In this document: positions 29,562 to 40,267 of the stretch, one piece after another | Numbering within the stretch: position 1 is the first letter of the stretch | Layout of the letters: the number at the start of each line of letters is the position of its first letter | Assembly: GCA_937892545.1 (NCBI GenBank) | Contig: CALAFO010000047.1 | Coordinates: forward strand, 1,142-65,141 | DNA: 64,000 nt | DNA from: an uncultured Clostridia bacterium | Lineage (GTDB): Bacteria > Bacillota > Clostridia > Christensenellales > Borkfalkiaceae | Reading direction: 5' to 3' | Notes under the pieces: model-generated | What the model was told of the DNA's origin: nothing | The model's database searches: none | The model's input: the letters and a program-made list of their open reading frames with translations, nothing else | Translations under genes and position numbers: made by a program

Positions 29562-29590
29562 TTGTATTTTTTTTGCCGATATGGTATAAT
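29562..29590 (+). promoter_or_regulatory. sigma-A-type promoter (extended -10) for the P-type ATPase gene
   Basis: TTGTAT - 17 nt - TATAAT, preceded by TGg. Confidence 0.5.
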
Positions 29591-29656
29591 AGATTCGTAT
29601 ACGTCCCCGCGTCGGGCGTACGTATCGCGAAAATTTCGAATTACGGAGACATCGAC

Positions 29657-32377
29657 ATGCCGGAAATCAAAACCGACGAGGCTGAAAAAGACGGCGCCGC
29701 GGCAAGCGGCGAAGCCCCCGGAACAAAAGACGAAAAAAAGAATAAAAAACAAAAGGAAGAGGCGGAAATCGTCCGTTTCAATCCGGATAAAAACATCGGT
29801 TTAACCGAAGCGCAGGTAACTTCGCGGCAGGAACAGGGGCTTGTGAACAGCGCGCCGAAAAAATATTCCAAAACGTACGGAAGCATTTTTTTCGGCAACA
29901 TTTTCACGTTCTTCAATTTTCTCTGCGTCTTGGCGGCGGTGGCGCTGGTTCTGGCGCACGCCCCCCTTTCTCAGTTCACGTTCGTGCTGATTTTCACCTG
30001 CAACATCGTGGTTGCCATCGTGCAGGAAATCCGCGCGAAAGTAAAAATCGATAAACTTTCCATTCTTTCCGCCCCCACGGCGAAAGTGCTGCGCGACGGC
30101 AAGAAAAAGGAAATCCCCGTAGACGAAATCGTCCTCGACGACGTGATTTTCCTCTCCTCCGGGCAGCAGATTCCCGCCGACTGCGTGATGCTGGACGGCG
30201 CGGGCGACGTAAACGAAGCGCTTCTTACGGGCGAATCGGTTCCCATCAAAAAAGCCGAAGGCGATCCGCTTCTGGCGGGCTCGTTCGTAACGGGCGGCAG
30301 AGTTACGGCGCGCGTGGATAAAATCGGCACGGAAACGTATATCAACAAACTGACGGCGCGCGCCAAAAAATACAAACGTCCCAATTCGGAAATCATCAAT
30401 TCCATTCACCTCTTCATCAAACTGATCGGTCTGATGATCGTTCCCGTGGCGATTCTGATGTTCTTCACCAACCTGAAAGCGGCAAATATCGAATGGGCGG
30501 ATATCGAAGCGCGCGGCGGCTTCATTAAAATTCTCTTATCCACAAACACGTTCGATTCGGTCATTCAGAAAACGTTCTCCGTGGTCATCGGCATGGTGCC
30601 TTCCGGCTTACTGCTGCTCACCACCGTGGCGCTCTCCGTGGGCATGATCCGTCTGGCGAAATACAACACGCTGGTGCAGGATATGTACTCGCTCGAAATG
30701 CTGGCGCGCGTCAACGTACTGTGCCTCGACAAAACGGGCACGATTACCGACGGCAGAATGCGGGTGAGCGACTGCGTGCTTTTAAACAACCCCACCGAAT
30801 ATACCGTCGACGATATTCTGGGTTCCATGCTCGCCTCTCTCGACGATAACAACCAGACGTCCATCGCTTTATACGAGCGTTTCGGGCACTCCTCGGCACT
30901 GCAGGCAACGGCGCAGATTCCTTTCTCGTCCGTCCGCAAGCTTTCCGCCGTATCGTTCGGCGACGTGGGCACGTTTGCGATGGGCGCGCCGGAATTCGTG
31001 CTGAAACCGATGACCGCGCGCGTGGAAAAACTGGTGAAACAGTACGCGCAGATGGGGCTTCGCGTGCTTGTGCTTGCGCACACGCCAAACCAGATTACGG
31101 GCGACAAACTTCCCGTGCTCTTCCGCCCTGTGGCAATCATCACTCTTTCCGATAATATCCGCCCGGACGCGATCGATACCATCCGCTGGTTCAAGAAAAA
31201 CGACGTTGCCGTAAAAGTCATTTCCGGCGACAATCCCGTTACCGTTTCGGAAGTGGCGCGTCGCGCGGGCATCGTAAACGCCTCTCAGTTCATTTCGCTG
31301 GAAGGCTTATCTCCCCTCGAAGTTGAAACGGCGGCAAACGAATACACGGTATTCGGGCGCGTTACGCCGGAACAGAAAGCGATTTTAATCCGTTCCATCA
31401 AAAAAGCGGGCAACACCGTGGCTATGACGGGCGACGGCGTAAACGATATTCTCGCCATGAAAGAAGCGGACTGCGCCGTATCGGTGGCTTCGGGCAGCGA
31501 AGCGGCGAGAAACGTTTCCAACCTCGTTTTACAGGATAATAATTTCGCTTCCATGCCGAAAATCGTAAACGAAGGCAGGCGCGTTATCAACAACATCAAA
31601 AATTCCGCGTCGCTGTATATCATGAAAACGCTGCTCACGCTGATTCTTGCCGTAGTGTGCATCGCCACAAGCAGCAAATACTTCTTCACCACCAACAACA
31701 TGATTCTGTACGAAGTGCTTATCAGCGCCGTGCCGTCGTTCGTGCTTTCGTTGCAACCGAATACCAGCCGCGTAAAAGGCAAGTTTATCCCCTTCGTCAT
31801 ATCGCGCGCGCTGCCGGGGGCAATCACCATGGCGCTCGGCATCATCACGCTGGATATTCTGCACCAGAGTACGCTCTCGTATATTTTCGATTACACCGCC
31901 GCAAGCGGCGAAACCGTCAGCTTATACGAACCGATGCTGATTTTGGCGCTCACGTTCACGGGGCTTGTGATGCTGCTGCGCATCTGCCAGCCGCTGAACC
32001 TTATCCGCGCGGCGCTGTTCGCCTTCTGTACGGCGGCATGCGTTGCCGTGCTTGCCATTCCCATGCTCGGCGAGCTTGTGTACGAGGGCTGGTCTCACAT
32101 CGATTTCAACGTAACGCAGATTCTCTTAATCGTGGTGCTCGTGCAGGCGGCAATGCCGATATCCACGGGGCTGATTAAATTCTTCGATATGTTCAACCCC
32201 GCCGACGACGAACCCGTATCTTCGATGCGTTATTCCGCCACCGCCGTTTCCGGCAACGCGGCGAAATATGCCGACGATGACGATACAAACGGCGCCGCGG
32301 CAACAAATCCGCAGACGGCGGAAAGCGGCGCGAAAGGCTGGAAAATCTTCCGCCGCAAATTCGGCAAAAAGAAATAA
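29657..32377 (+). CDS. cation-translocating P-type ATPase
   Basis: ATG at 29657 (MPEIKTDE). LTGESVP, CLDKTGTITDG (phosphorylation site) and MTGDGVNDILAMKEAD. About 10 TM helices. Confidence 0.9.
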   Translation: MPEIKTDEAEKDGAAASGEAPGTKDEKKNKKQKEEAEIVRFNPDKNIGLTEAQVTSRQEQGLVNSAPKKYSKTYGSIFFGNIFTFFNFLCVLAAVALVLAHAPLSQFTFVLIFTCNIVVAIVQEIRAKVKIDKLSILSAPTAKVLRDGKKKEIPVDEIVLDDVIFLSSGQQIPADCVMLDGAGDVNEALLTGESVPIKKAEGDPLLAGSFVTGGRVTARVDKIGTETYINKLTARAKKYKRPNSEIINSIHLFIKLIGLMIVPVAILMFFTNLKAANIEWADIEARGGFIKILLSTNTFDSVIQKTFSVVIGMVPSGLLLLTTVALSVGMIRLAKYNTLVQDMYSLEMLARVNVLCLDKTGTITDGRMRVSDCVLLNNPTEYTVDDILGSMLASLDDNNQTSIALYERFGHSSALQATAQIPFSSVRKLSAVSFGDVGTFAMGAPEFVLKPMTARVEKLVKQYAQMGLRVLVLAHTPNQITGDKLPVLFRPVAIITLSDNIRPDAIDTIRWFKKNDVAVKVISGDNPVTVSEVARRAGIVNASQFISLEGLSPLEVETAANEYTVFGRVTPEQKAILIRSIKKAGNTVAMTGDGVNDILAMKEADCAVSVASGSEAARNVSNLVLQDNNFASMPKIVNEGRRVINNIKNSASLYIMKTLLTLILAVVCIATSSKYFFTTNNMILYEVLISAVPSFVLSLQPNTSRVKGKFIPFVISRALPGAITMALGIITLDILHQSTLSYIFDYTAASGETVSLYEPMLILALTFTGLVMLLRICQPLNLIRAALFAFCTAACVAVLAIPMLGELVYEGWSHIDFNVTQILLIVVLVQAAMPISTGLIKFFDMFNPADDEPVSSMRYSATAVSGNAAKYADDDDTNGAAATNPQTAESGAKGWKIFRRKFGKKK

Positions 32378-32410
32378 CCCCTTTCCGGCATACAAAAAAT
32401 GGCACGAAAA

Positions 32411-32440
32411 GCGCGGAGCGTTTTGCTCCGCGCTTTTTTT
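32411..32440 (+). terminator. intrinsic terminator of the ATPase gene
   Basis: gcgcggagc-gtttt-gctccgcgc followed by T7. Confidence 0.75.
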
Positions 32441-32455
32441 ACGGTTTATTTTCTC

Positions 32456-33169
32456 TTACTTATTCTTGGCAAACCAATGTCTCGCGGCATATTGCTCGTC
32501 CAGAAAAAGCGACGCGACGTACCCTGCGTCATTCAGCGCCCCTTCTTCGAAGGAAACGCCGTATAAAGTAATATTATCCGGATTTTTGAAAACGACGCTT
32601 TTTAAATTTTCGCAATCCCTGAATGCGTACGGCTGAATCTCTTGTATTCCCGAACCGATTACCACATCTTCCAGCCCGCAAAAATAAAATGCTTCGTACC
32701 CTATATATTCCACAGAATCCGGAACGGAAACTTTCTTAAACGGCATTGCAGCAAAAGACCGATTCTCGATTCTTTTAACGTTTCCGGGAATCGCAATCTC
32801 GGCAATCTGCGCATTTCTTATCATATGAGAAGGAATTATTTCTAAGTTTTCGGGCAACCTGAGGCTTTCTAAATTACGGCAGTCGTCAAACGCATACGAA
32901 CCGATTTTCACAATAGAATCGGGCAGATAAACGCTTTTGATTTTTGTTTCCGAGGCAAAAGCACGTTCGCCTATTTCGGTTACCGGAACGCCCCGATATT
33001 CCGAAGGAACAACCACTTCTCCGCCGTAAATCTCTTTCATTCCGGATAACCTGTATTCCTCTTTCCCTTCGATAAGCGTAAAATCGAATTCATTCTCCCT
33101 TTTGCACGCGCCGCACGGCGCCACGAACAAGCAAAGCAACAAAAATACCAATATTTTTTTCATAAACAA
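32456..33169 (-). CDS. leucine-rich-repeat (BspA-type) lipoprotein, short
   Basis: Signal/lipobox ...LFVAPCGAC. Repeats of the form VxIPxxVxxIxxxAFxxC. Confidence 0.75.
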   Translation of the reverse strand: MFMKKILVFLLLCLFVAPCGACKRENEFDFTLIEGKEEYRLSGMKEIYGGEVVVPSEYRGVPVTEIGERAFASETKIKSVYLPDSIVKIGSYAFDDCRNLESLRLPENLEIIPSHMIRNAQIAEIAIPGNVKRIENRSFAAMPFKKVSVPDSVEYIGYEAFYFCGLEDVVIGSGIQEIQPYAFRDCENLKSVVFKNPDNITLYGVSFEEGALNDAGYVASLFLDEQYAARHWFAKNK

Positions 33170-33280
33170 CTGTATTCCAAAAGTCGGAACCCGACTTAAA
33201 AAAGCCGAGTTCCGGAAACATTGCGCTCTTTTACATAAAAACTACAATCTGCCTGCGCCTTTTTACGGCTGATTTTCCGC

Positions 33281-34729
33281 TCAGTGCGTCAGGAAGAACA
33301 TCGCAAGGAACAACGCGGTAATCACCCACGTGCCCGCCTTCACTTCTTTTACGTGTCCCGTAAACGTTTTGATGACTACGTACGAAATCAGGCCGAACGC
33401 AATACCGAACGAAATGTTGTACGTAAACGGCATCATCGCCATCGTCAGAAACGCCGGTACCGCCACGGAAACGTCCGACCAGTCAACGTCTTTCACGCTG
33501 CCGATCATCAGAATGCCCACATAGATGAGCGCCGCGCCGTAAGCGTACGCGGGAATCAGTTTCGCAAGCGGCGCAAGGAACAGCGCCAGAATAAACATGC
33601 CCGCGGTAACCAGCGAAGTCATTCCCGATTTACCGCCCGCGGCAACGCCCGCGGAAGATTCCACAAACGTGGTAACGGTGGAAGTACCCAGCGCCGCGCC
33701 CGTGCAGGTGGCAATCGCGTCGGCAAGCATGGCTTTGTTCATATTCGGCACTTCAAGTTCGCCGTTTCCGTTATCCACAAGCAGGTTGCCGCCGCGGCAA
33801 GCGCCGTACAGCGTACCCATCGTATCGAACATATCCACCATGCAGAACGCCAGCGCCGTGGTAATAAACAGCATCACCAGTCCGCCTACGGAGTGATTTT
33901 CGCCCGCAAGATACGCCGAAAAATCGAATCCTTCGGTAAACACTTTGCCGAACGTCTCTTTGGCAAACGATGCAAACGGCTTGAACGGGTTCAGAGAAAG
34001 CGTCTCCGAAAATCCCGCGTAGAAATCTTTCACCGTGAAGCCGAGCAGATAGTAAAGCACCGTGCCGCCCAGAATCCCGTACAGAATCCCGCCCTTTATT
34101 TTCTTCTGCGAAAATACCGCAATCAGAAGCAGCGAAATCACCGCCACGATCAAGGGCATTACGTCCGCCCATTTCGCCCCGCCGAACAGGTTGAACGAAG
34201 CGAGCGTTACGCCCGTGGAAGAATCGGAAATCACCAGTTTCGCGTCCTGTAAACCGAGAAACGCGATAAACAAGCCGATGCCCGCGGGAATCGCTTTCTT
34301 CACTGCGGGAGGAATCGCTTCGAATACGATTTTGCGCAGTCCCGTTACCGTAAGCAGAACGAAAACAATACCGTCAAGCAAGACGAATACCAGCGCGTTC
34401 GCATAGGAAAATCCCAGCGTGAAACACACCGTGTATACGAAAAACGCGTTCAATCCCATGCCGGGCGCCTGCGCCAGAGGCAGATTTGCAAGCAGTCCGA
34501 TTAAAATCGTGCCCACAATCGCCGAAAGCGCCGTGGTAACGTACATCGCGTCGAACGAAACGCCGTCCAGCGCGGAGAACATTCCCGAATTGACGATAAG
34601 AATGTACGCCATCGCGAGGAACGTGGTCAGTCCCGCCACCGCCTCGGTTTTCAGCGAAGAACCCTTCGCTACGTAGCCGAATTTCTTATCGAGAAACGGC
34701 TTTTTTGTTTGTGCTTCGTTGTTTTCCAT
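33281..34729 (-). CDS. NCS2-family purine (adenine/guanine/hypoxanthine, AzgA-type) permease
   Basis: Start at MENNEAQ with RBS AAAGGAGAAAAA. Polytopic, with blocks typical of AzgA/PbuG-type permeases (LAQAPGMGLNAFF, FVESSAGVAAGG). Confidence 0.8.
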   Translation of the reverse strand: MENNEAQTKKPFLDKKFGYVAKGSSLKTEAVAGLTTFLAMAYILIVNSGMFSALDGVSFDAMYVTTALSAIVGTILIGLLANLPLAQAPGMGLNAFFVYTVCFTLGFSYANALVFVLLDGIVFVLLTVTGLRKIVFEAIPPAVKKAIPAGIGLFIAFLGLQDAKLVISDSSTGVTLASFNLFGGAKWADVMPLIVAVISLLLIAVFSQKKIKGGILYGILGGTVLYYLLGFTVKDFYAGFSETLSLNPFKPFASFAKETFGKVFTEGFDFSAYLAGENHSVGGLVMLFITTALAFCMVDMFDTMGTLYGACRGGNLLVDNGNGELEVPNMNKAMLADAIATCTGAALGTSTVTTFVESSAGVAAGGKSGMTSLVTAGMFILALFLAPLAKLIPAYAYGAALIYVGILMIGSVKDVDWSDVSVAVPAFLTMAMMPFTYNISFGIAFGLISYVVIKTFTGHVKEVKAGTWVITALFLAMFFLTH

Positions 34730-34792
34730 TTTTTCTCCTTTGTACAAAAAATTTTTTTCCGGCTCCCCCGGAAAGGGAAGCCGGTTATTGCT

Positions 34793-37426
34793 TTATTTCT
34801 CCTCGCCGTCGTCGGGAGTTTCGTTCTCCTCGCCGTCGTCTGCGGGTTCGAACGTAGCTTCTTCGCCCGTTTCGTCCGCGTCGTCGGCTATGGCGTTGCG
34901 CTCCTCTTCGGGCAGTTCGGTTTCTTCGGGTTCGGCAACTTCCGCGTCGTCCTCGCGCTCCGTTACGTCAACCGTAGCCACCAGCGAATCTTTCACGTTC
35001 ATCACGCGTACCCCGCGCGAAGCTCTGCCGATTCTGGAAATGCTGTCCGCATGCATGCGGATAATGGTTCCGGCGGTAGTGATAATCATAATATCGTTCT
35101 CGTCCGTTACCTGCTTCATCGCCACAAGCTCGCCCGTCTTTTCGTTGAACGTGCCCGCCTTGATGCCCTTGCCGGCTCTGCCCTGAACGCGGTAATCTTC
35201 CACGTTCGTGCGTTTGCCGTAGCCTTTCGCCGTCAGCGTAAGAATATCGTAATTCTCGTCCACCACCAGCATATCCACCAGCTCGTCGTTCTCGCCGAGG
35301 CGCATTGCGCGTACGCCCGCCGCGGTTCTGCCCATCGCGCGGATGTTGCTTTCGTGGAAGCGGATGCACTTGCCCGAACGGCTGGCAATCAAAAGTTCGT
35401 TGTCGCCCGTGGTGAACTGCACGGAAATAATTTCGTCTCCCTCATTCAGCTTCACCGCAATCTTGCCGTTCTTCATGATGCGCGAATATTCGTCCGTCGT
35501 CGTCTTTTTAATCAGCCCTTTCTTGGTGGCGATTACGATATACCCGTTGCCGTTTTCTTTCTTCGGCAACACGGCGGCAATCTTTTCGCCCTGATCCAGC
35601 CCCACAACGTTCACCACGGCTCTGCCGCGCGAAGTGCGGTTCGCTTCGGGAATCATATACCCCTTGATGGAATACACCTTGCCGAGCGACGTAAACAGCA
35701 GAATATCGTCGTGCGTGCACGCGATGAACATTTTCTCCACGTAGTCCTCGTCCTTGGGTTTATGCGCCGTAACGCCCATGCCGCCGCGGTGCTGCGCCTT
35801 GTATTCCGTTACGGGCAGCCGCTTGATATAGCCCGAATGCGTCAGCGAAATCACCACGTCCTCTCTGTCGATTAAATCTTCGTCCTCTATTGAACCGAAG
35901 TCCACCGAAATTTCCGTCTTTCTCGGCGAAGGATAGCGGTTCTTGATGTCCGTGAGGTCGTTTCTGATAATCGCCATCACGCGGCTTTCGTTGGCTAAAA
36001 TATCCTTCAAATCGAGAATCGTCGCTTCCAGCTGCGCCAGTTCTTCTTTCAGCTTCTCCACTTCGAGGGAAGTCAGACGCTGCAAGCGCATTTCCAGAAT
36101 CGCGTTCGCCTGCTTTTCGTCCAGTTCGAACGTCGCCGTCAGGCGCTCCACCGCCACGTTTTTATCCGCCGATTCCTTGATGACCTTAATCACTTCGTCG
36201 ATATTCGCAAGCGCCAGCACAAGTCCTTCCACGATATGCGCGCGCTCTTCCGTTTTGTTGAGTTCGAAGCGCGTACGGCGGGTGATGACTTCTTTCTGAT
36301 GCGCCAGATAATATTGCAGAATTTCGCGCAGATTCAGCGTTTTCGGCTCGGTGCCGTTTTCCACAAGCGCCAGCATAATCAAACCGTCCGAAACCTGCAG
36401 ATTCGTCTTTTTATACAGCGTGTTCAAAACAACCTGCGCGTTCGCGTCTTTCTTCACTTCGATCACGATGCGCATACCCGTTCTGTCCGATTCTTCGCGG
36501 ATATCGGAAATACCTTCCAGTCGCTTGTCGCGCACCATATCCGCAATCGTCTTGATTAAAACGGCTTTGTTCACCTGATACGGGATTTCCGTTACTACGA
36601 TGCGCTGGCGGGTATTTCCGCCCGTGCCGTATTCTTCGATTTCGCACTTCGAACGGATGATAATTTTTCCCTGCCCCGTCTGATACGCTTTTTTGATGCC
36701 GCTTCTGCCCATAATCACGCCGCCCGTAGGGAAGTCGGGCGCCGGGATATATTCCATCAGCTCGTCCACCGTAATATCGGGGTTGTCGATCATCGCGATG
36801 GTACCGTCGATTACTTCGGCAAGATTGTGCGGCGGAATGTTGGTAGCCATACCCACGGCGATACCGTCCGAACCGTTTACAAGCAGGTTGGGGAAGCGCG
36901 AGGGAAGCACCACGGGTTCTTCTTCGCTGCCGTCGAAGTTGGGAATGAAATCCACCGTCTCTTTATCGAGGTCTTTCAGCATTTCCGCGGCAAGCTTGGT
37001 AAGGCGCGCTTCGGTGTAACGCATAGCCGCGGCAGGGTCGCCGTCCACGCTTCCGAAGTTTCCGTGCCCGTCCACCAGCGGGAAATTGATGGTGAAATCC
37101 TGCGCGAGGCGCACCAGCGCGTCGTACACCGAGGAATCGCCGTGCGGGTGGAATTTACCCATACAGTCGCCCACGATACGCGCGCACTTTCTGAACGCTT
37201 TGTCGTTATACAAGCCCATTTCGTGCATCGAATACAGAATTCTTCTGTGCACGGGCTTGAGACCGTCTCGCACGTCGGGAATGGCGCGCGATTTGTTTAC
37301 CGCCATCGCGTAGGCGATGAACGAACGTTTCAGTTCGTCGTCCACCTCCATATCGATGATTTTCGTCATTTCGAGAGTCTTTTTAAACTCTTCGGTCAAT
37401 TCGGGACTCGTTTCTCTTTTAGCCAT
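34793..37426 (-). CDS. gyrA: DNA gyrase subunit A
   Basis: [19 protein letters not shown] (QRDR), [10 protein letters not shown] (active-site Tyr), C-terminal beta-pinwheel repeats and an acidic tail. Confidence 0.97.
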   Translation of the reverse strand: MAKRETSPELTEEFKKTLEMTKIIDMEVDDELKRSFIAYAMAVNKSRAIPDVRDGLKPVHRRILYSMHEMGLYNDKAFRKCARIVGDCMGKFHPHGDSSVYDALVRLAQDFTINFPLVDGHGNFGSVDGDPAAAMRYTEARLTKLAAEMLKDLDKETVDFIPNFDGSEEEPVVLPSRFPNLLVNGSDGIAVGMATNIPPHNLAEVIDGTIAMIDNPDITVDELMEYIPAPDFPTGGVIMGRSGIKKAYQTGQGKIIIRSKCEIEEYGTGGNTRQRIVVTEIPYQVNKAVLIKTIADMVRDKRLEGISDIREESDRTGMRIVIEVKKDANAQVVLNTLYKKTNLQVSDGLIMLALVENGTEPKTLNLREILQYYLAHQKEVITRRTRFELNKTEERAHIVEGLVLALANIDEVIKVIKESADKNVAVERLTATFELDEKQANAILEMRLQRLTSLEVEKLKEELAQLEATILDLKDILANESRVMAIIRNDLTDIKNRYPSPRKTEISVDFGSIEDEDLIDREDVVISLTHSGYIKRLPVTEYKAQHRGGMGVTAHKPKDEDYVEKMFIACTHDDILLFTSLGKVYSIKGYMIPEANRTSRGRAVVNVVGLDQGEKIAAVLPKKENGNGYIVIATKKGLIKKTTTDEYSRIMKNGKIAVKLNEGDEIISVQFTTGDNELLIASRSGKCIRFHESNIRAMGRTAAGVRAMRLGENDELVDMLVVDENYDILTLTAKGYGKRTNVEDYRVQGRAGKGIKAGTFNEKTGELVAMKQVTDENDIMIITTAGTIIRMHADSISRIGRASRGVRVMNVKDSLVATVDVTEREDDAEVAEPEETELPEEERNAIADDADETGEEATFEPADDGEENETPDDGEEK

Positions 37427-37449
37427 TTCTTTTTATCTCTCCTGTGCCC

Positions 37450-39363
37450 TTAAATATCGAGGTCGGTTACCAGCGACGCGTTCTCTTCGATGAACTTTCT
37501 GCGAAGTTCGGGGCTTTCGCCCATCAGCATCGCAAACATCTTGTCCGCTTCCGCCGCGTCCTCCATGGTAACGCGCACCAGCGTACGGGTGGAAGGGTCC
37601 ATCGTCGTCGTCCAAAGCTGCTCCGTACTCATTTCGCCGAGACCTTTATAACGCTGATATTCCACTTTCGAAGTCGCCTGCGCGTCGAACGCCACCTTTT
37701 CTTCTTCGGAATAGAGGTACGAATCCTTGCCCTTGTAGGTTGCCTTGTAAAGGGGCGGCAACGCCGAATATACGTGCCCGTGTTCGATTAAGGGGCGCAT
37801 ATAGCGGAACAGGAACGTGTACAGAAGAATACGGATGTGCGCGCCGTCCACATCGGCATCGGTCATCGAGATGATGCGGTCGTAGCGGAGCTTGCTCTCG
37901 TCGAAATCGTCCAGAATGCCGCAGCCGAACGCCGTAATCATCGCCTTGATTTCCTCGTTTTCGAGAACGCGGTTAAGCCGCACTTTTTCCACGTTTAAAA
38001 TCTTGCCGCGAAGGGGCAGAATCGCTTGGAATCTTCTGTCGCGCCCCTGCTTCGCCGTGCCGCCTGCGGAGTCGCCCTCTACGATATAAATTTCGCAAAG
38101 TTCCGAACGCCTGTCAGAACAGTCGGCAAGCTTCCCGGGCAGCGTGGAATTTTCCAGAACGCCCTTTCTGCGGGTTAAATCACGCGCCGCACGCGCCGCG
38201 TCGCGCGCCTTCTGCGCCGTTAAACAGCGCATAACAAGCTCTTTCGCCGCGCTCGGATTCTCTTCCATAAACGCGCTTAAATGCTCGGTAACGCATTGGC
38301 TCACAAACGAACGGATAAACGAATTGTTCAGCTTGTCTTTCGTCTGCGATTCGAACTGCGCGTTCACGAGTTTTACGGAAACCACCGCCGTGATGCCCTC
38401 GCGCACGTCCTCGCCAGAAAGCTTGTCCGACTCTTTCATTAAGCCCGCTTTCTTGCCGTAATCGTTAATCACTTTGGTGAGCGCAAGCCGCAAGCCTTCC
38501 ACGTGCGTGCCGCCGTCTATCGTGTTCACGTTGTTCGCATACGAATAAATCACTTCGTTGTACGATTCGTTGTACTGAATCGCCACTTCGCACATCGTGT
38601 CGCCGTCCGTCTCTTCGAAATACAGCGGTTGCGGGAATAACAGCTGTTCGCGCGAAGCGTTCAGATCTTCCACAAACGAACGAATACCGCCCTCGTAGCA
38701 GAACGAATCTTTCTTTTCCTGACCCGCGCGCTTGTCTTCAAGGGTAATGCGAAGCCCCTTGTTGAGATATGCCAGCTCGCGCAGACGAATTTTCAGAGTA
38801 TCGTACGAAAAATCGGTGGTTTCGAAAATCTCTTTGTCGGGCAAAAACGTAACTTTCGTGCCCGTTTCCGTCGTGTCGCCCACAATCTGCACGCTGCGTT
38901 GCGGCACGCCGCGGTTGTACACCTGCTTGTAAATGTGCCCGTCCTGATATACTTCCGCTTCCAGCCATTCCGAAAGCGCGTTCACCGCTTTCACGCCCAC
39001 GCCGTGCAAACCGCTCGATACCTTGTACCCCGAATCGCCGCCGAACTTGCCGCCCGCGTTCACTTTCGTGAACACCACTTCAAGGGTTGAAATGCCCTCT
39101 TTCGGGTGAATCGCCACGGGAATCCCGCGCCCGTTATCGCGCACGGTGCAGCTGCCGTCGGAATTGATCGTAACTTCGATATGCGTGCAGTAGCCCGCCA
39201 ACGCCTCGTCGATCGAGTTATCCACCACTTCGTGCACGAGGTGATGAAGCCCTTTCGCGTCGGTGGAAGAAATGTACATTCCGGGGCGTTTTCTGATGTG
39301 TTCCAAGCCGTCGAGAACCTGTATTTGTTCTGCGCCGTACTCGTTTTCTACTTTTTCCGCCAT
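37450..39363 (-). CDS. gyrB: DNA gyrase subunit B
   Basis: GLHHLVHEVVDNSIDEA (GHKL ATPase), EGDSAGG (Toprim), PLRGKILNVE, IMTDADVDGAHI-like block (ISMTDADVDGAHI). Confidence 0.97.
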   Translation of the reverse strand: MAEKVENEYGAEQIQVLDGLEHIRKRPGMYISSTDAKGLHHLVHEVVDNSIDEALAGYCTHIEVTINSDGSCTVRDNGRGIPVAIHPKEGISTLEVVFTKVNAGGKFGGDSGYKVSSGLHGVGVKAVNALSEWLEAEVYQDGHIYKQVYNRGVPQRSVQIVGDTTETGTKVTFLPDKEIFETTDFSYDTLKIRLRELAYLNKGLRITLEDKRAGQEKKDSFCYEGGIRSFVEDLNASREQLLFPQPLYFEETDGDTMCEVAIQYNESYNEVIYSYANNVNTIDGGTHVEGLRLALTKVINDYGKKAGLMKESDKLSGEDVREGITAVVSVKLVNAQFESQTKDKLNNSFIRSFVSQCVTEHLSAFMEENPSAAKELVMRCLTAQKARDAARAARDLTRRKGVLENSTLPGKLADCSDRRSELCEIYIVEGDSAGGTAKQGRDRRFQAILPLRGKILNVEKVRLNRVLENEEIKAMITAFGCGILDDFDESKLRYDRIISMTDADVDGAHIRILLYTFLFRYMRPLIEHGHVYSALPPLYKATYKGKDSYLYSEEEKVAFDAQATSKVEYQRYKGLGEMSTEQLWTTTMDPSTRTLVRVTMEDAAEADKMFAMLMGESPELRRKFIEENASLVTDLDI

Positions 39364-39490
39364 AGTCGTTTGTTTCTCCTTATGCTTGTTTAATTTTTCT
39401 TTTTTTGGTTTCGTTTGCCTGCAAAATAATTTTTCGCGCTATTGCCCGCGAAAATTCCGTGCTCTTTCTCACGCAATTTTTGTGCCGTTT

Positions 39491-39546
39491 CGCGCGCATA
39501 CACGTATACGCACATACGCACGCACATACGCACACAGGCGCGCGCG
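39491..39546. repeat. alternating pyrimidine-purine tract (46 nt perfect + 9 nt, one phase break)
   Basis: cgcgcgcatacacgtatacgcacatacgcacgcacatacgcacaca alternates Py-Pu at every one of 46 positions (39491-39536). After one extra g, gcgcgcgcg (39538-39546) follows. Confidence 0.9.
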
Positions 39547-39767
39547 ACAAATTATATATGCCGATAATACAATTATACCATATTCCCGAAAAAAAGTACA
39601 GCGTTTCAGCGGATATTTTCGCCCTTCGCGACAATTTTTTTCTTTTTTTGTAAAATTTCACCGCTTTTATCGTTTTCGCCGCCTTGCAGCTCACCCGCCC
39701 ACCGCGCAAAACAAGGTTGCGAATCTATCCGAAAAGACAGAATCGCAACCTTGTTTTCTTATTTCGT

Positions 39768-39891
39768 GGCTTCCCCTTGCCTCATTTTGCTTGCGCAAAA
39801 ATCGGCAAAAATGGTCAGCCTTGTTCCAAGGCTTCCCCTTGCCTCATTTTGCTTGCGCAAAAATCGGCAAAAATGGTCAGCCTTGTTCCAA
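39768..39891 (+). repeat. two exact tandem copies of a 62-bp unit
   Basis: ggcttccccttgcctcattttgcttgcgcaaaaatcggcaaaaatggtcagccttgttccaa occurs twice (39768-39829, 39830-39891). A third start (ggcttcccc) continues into repeat copy B. Confidence 0.9.
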
Positions 39892-40063
39892 GGCTTCCCC
39901 TCGGGGGGCTTTTCTCGCCAAGTTGCCGCCCTACGGCAACTTCGGCGGCTTGCTGTCAACAAAGTTGACTGATGAGGGGCGTAGCCCATTTTTGATTGAA
40001 ATTTTCCGTCAGAAATTTTCAATCAAGGGGCTAAACTTGTTTTCTGATATTTGCATTTCAAAC
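39892..40063 (+). repeat. structured intergenic repeat, long form (copy B)
   Basis: ggcttcccc-tc-gggggg, extra hairpin aagttgcc...ggcaactt, hairpin gtcaac-aaa-gttgac, TGATGAGGGGCGTAGCC, inserted hairpin ttgattgaaattttcc-gtca-gaaattttcaatcaa, cttgttttct...catttcaaac. Confidence 0.6.
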
Positions 40064-40171
40064 AAAAAAGCCCCTTGCTTTCCCCTTGCCGAGTTGCCGC
40101 TCAAAGGCAATCTCGGCAAGTAGAGTGGCGCGGCGTACAGCCGCGCCGAGAGAGGTCAAATTAAAATTTCG

Positions 40172-40267
40172 CCTTATTTATAGCCTTCCCCTTGGGGGGA
40201 AGGTGTCAAGGCATCGCCTTGACGAATGAGGGGCGTAGCTTGTTTTCTACCCCTCTCATTTCCAACG
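40172..40267 (+). repeat. structured intergenic repeat, short form (copy D)
   Basis: ccttatttatAGCCTTCCCC-ttgg-GGGGAAGGTG, gtcaaggc-atc-gccttgac, GAATGAGGGGCGTAGC-ttgttttcta-CCCCTCTCATTTCCAACG. Confidence 0.65.

Noticed and set aside
34730-34792. Purine riboswitch upstream of the NCS2 purine-type permease.
   Set aside because: Only 63 nt separate the permease start from the gyrA stop. No three-way-junction aptamer fits, and the gene may simply be co-transcribed with gyrBA.
39768-39891. Possible CRISPR array (exact 62-bp repeats).
   Set aside because: The repeats are directly contiguous with no spacers. There are only two full units, the unit is longer than CRISPR repeats, and no cas genes are in the window.
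39263-40123. A 286-aa ORF and several smaller ORFs spanning the degV-gyrB spacer.
   Set aside because: They run through tandem repeats and hairpin elements, begin inside gyrB antisense sequence, and have no RBS or recognisable domain. They are translation artefacts of repeat DNA.
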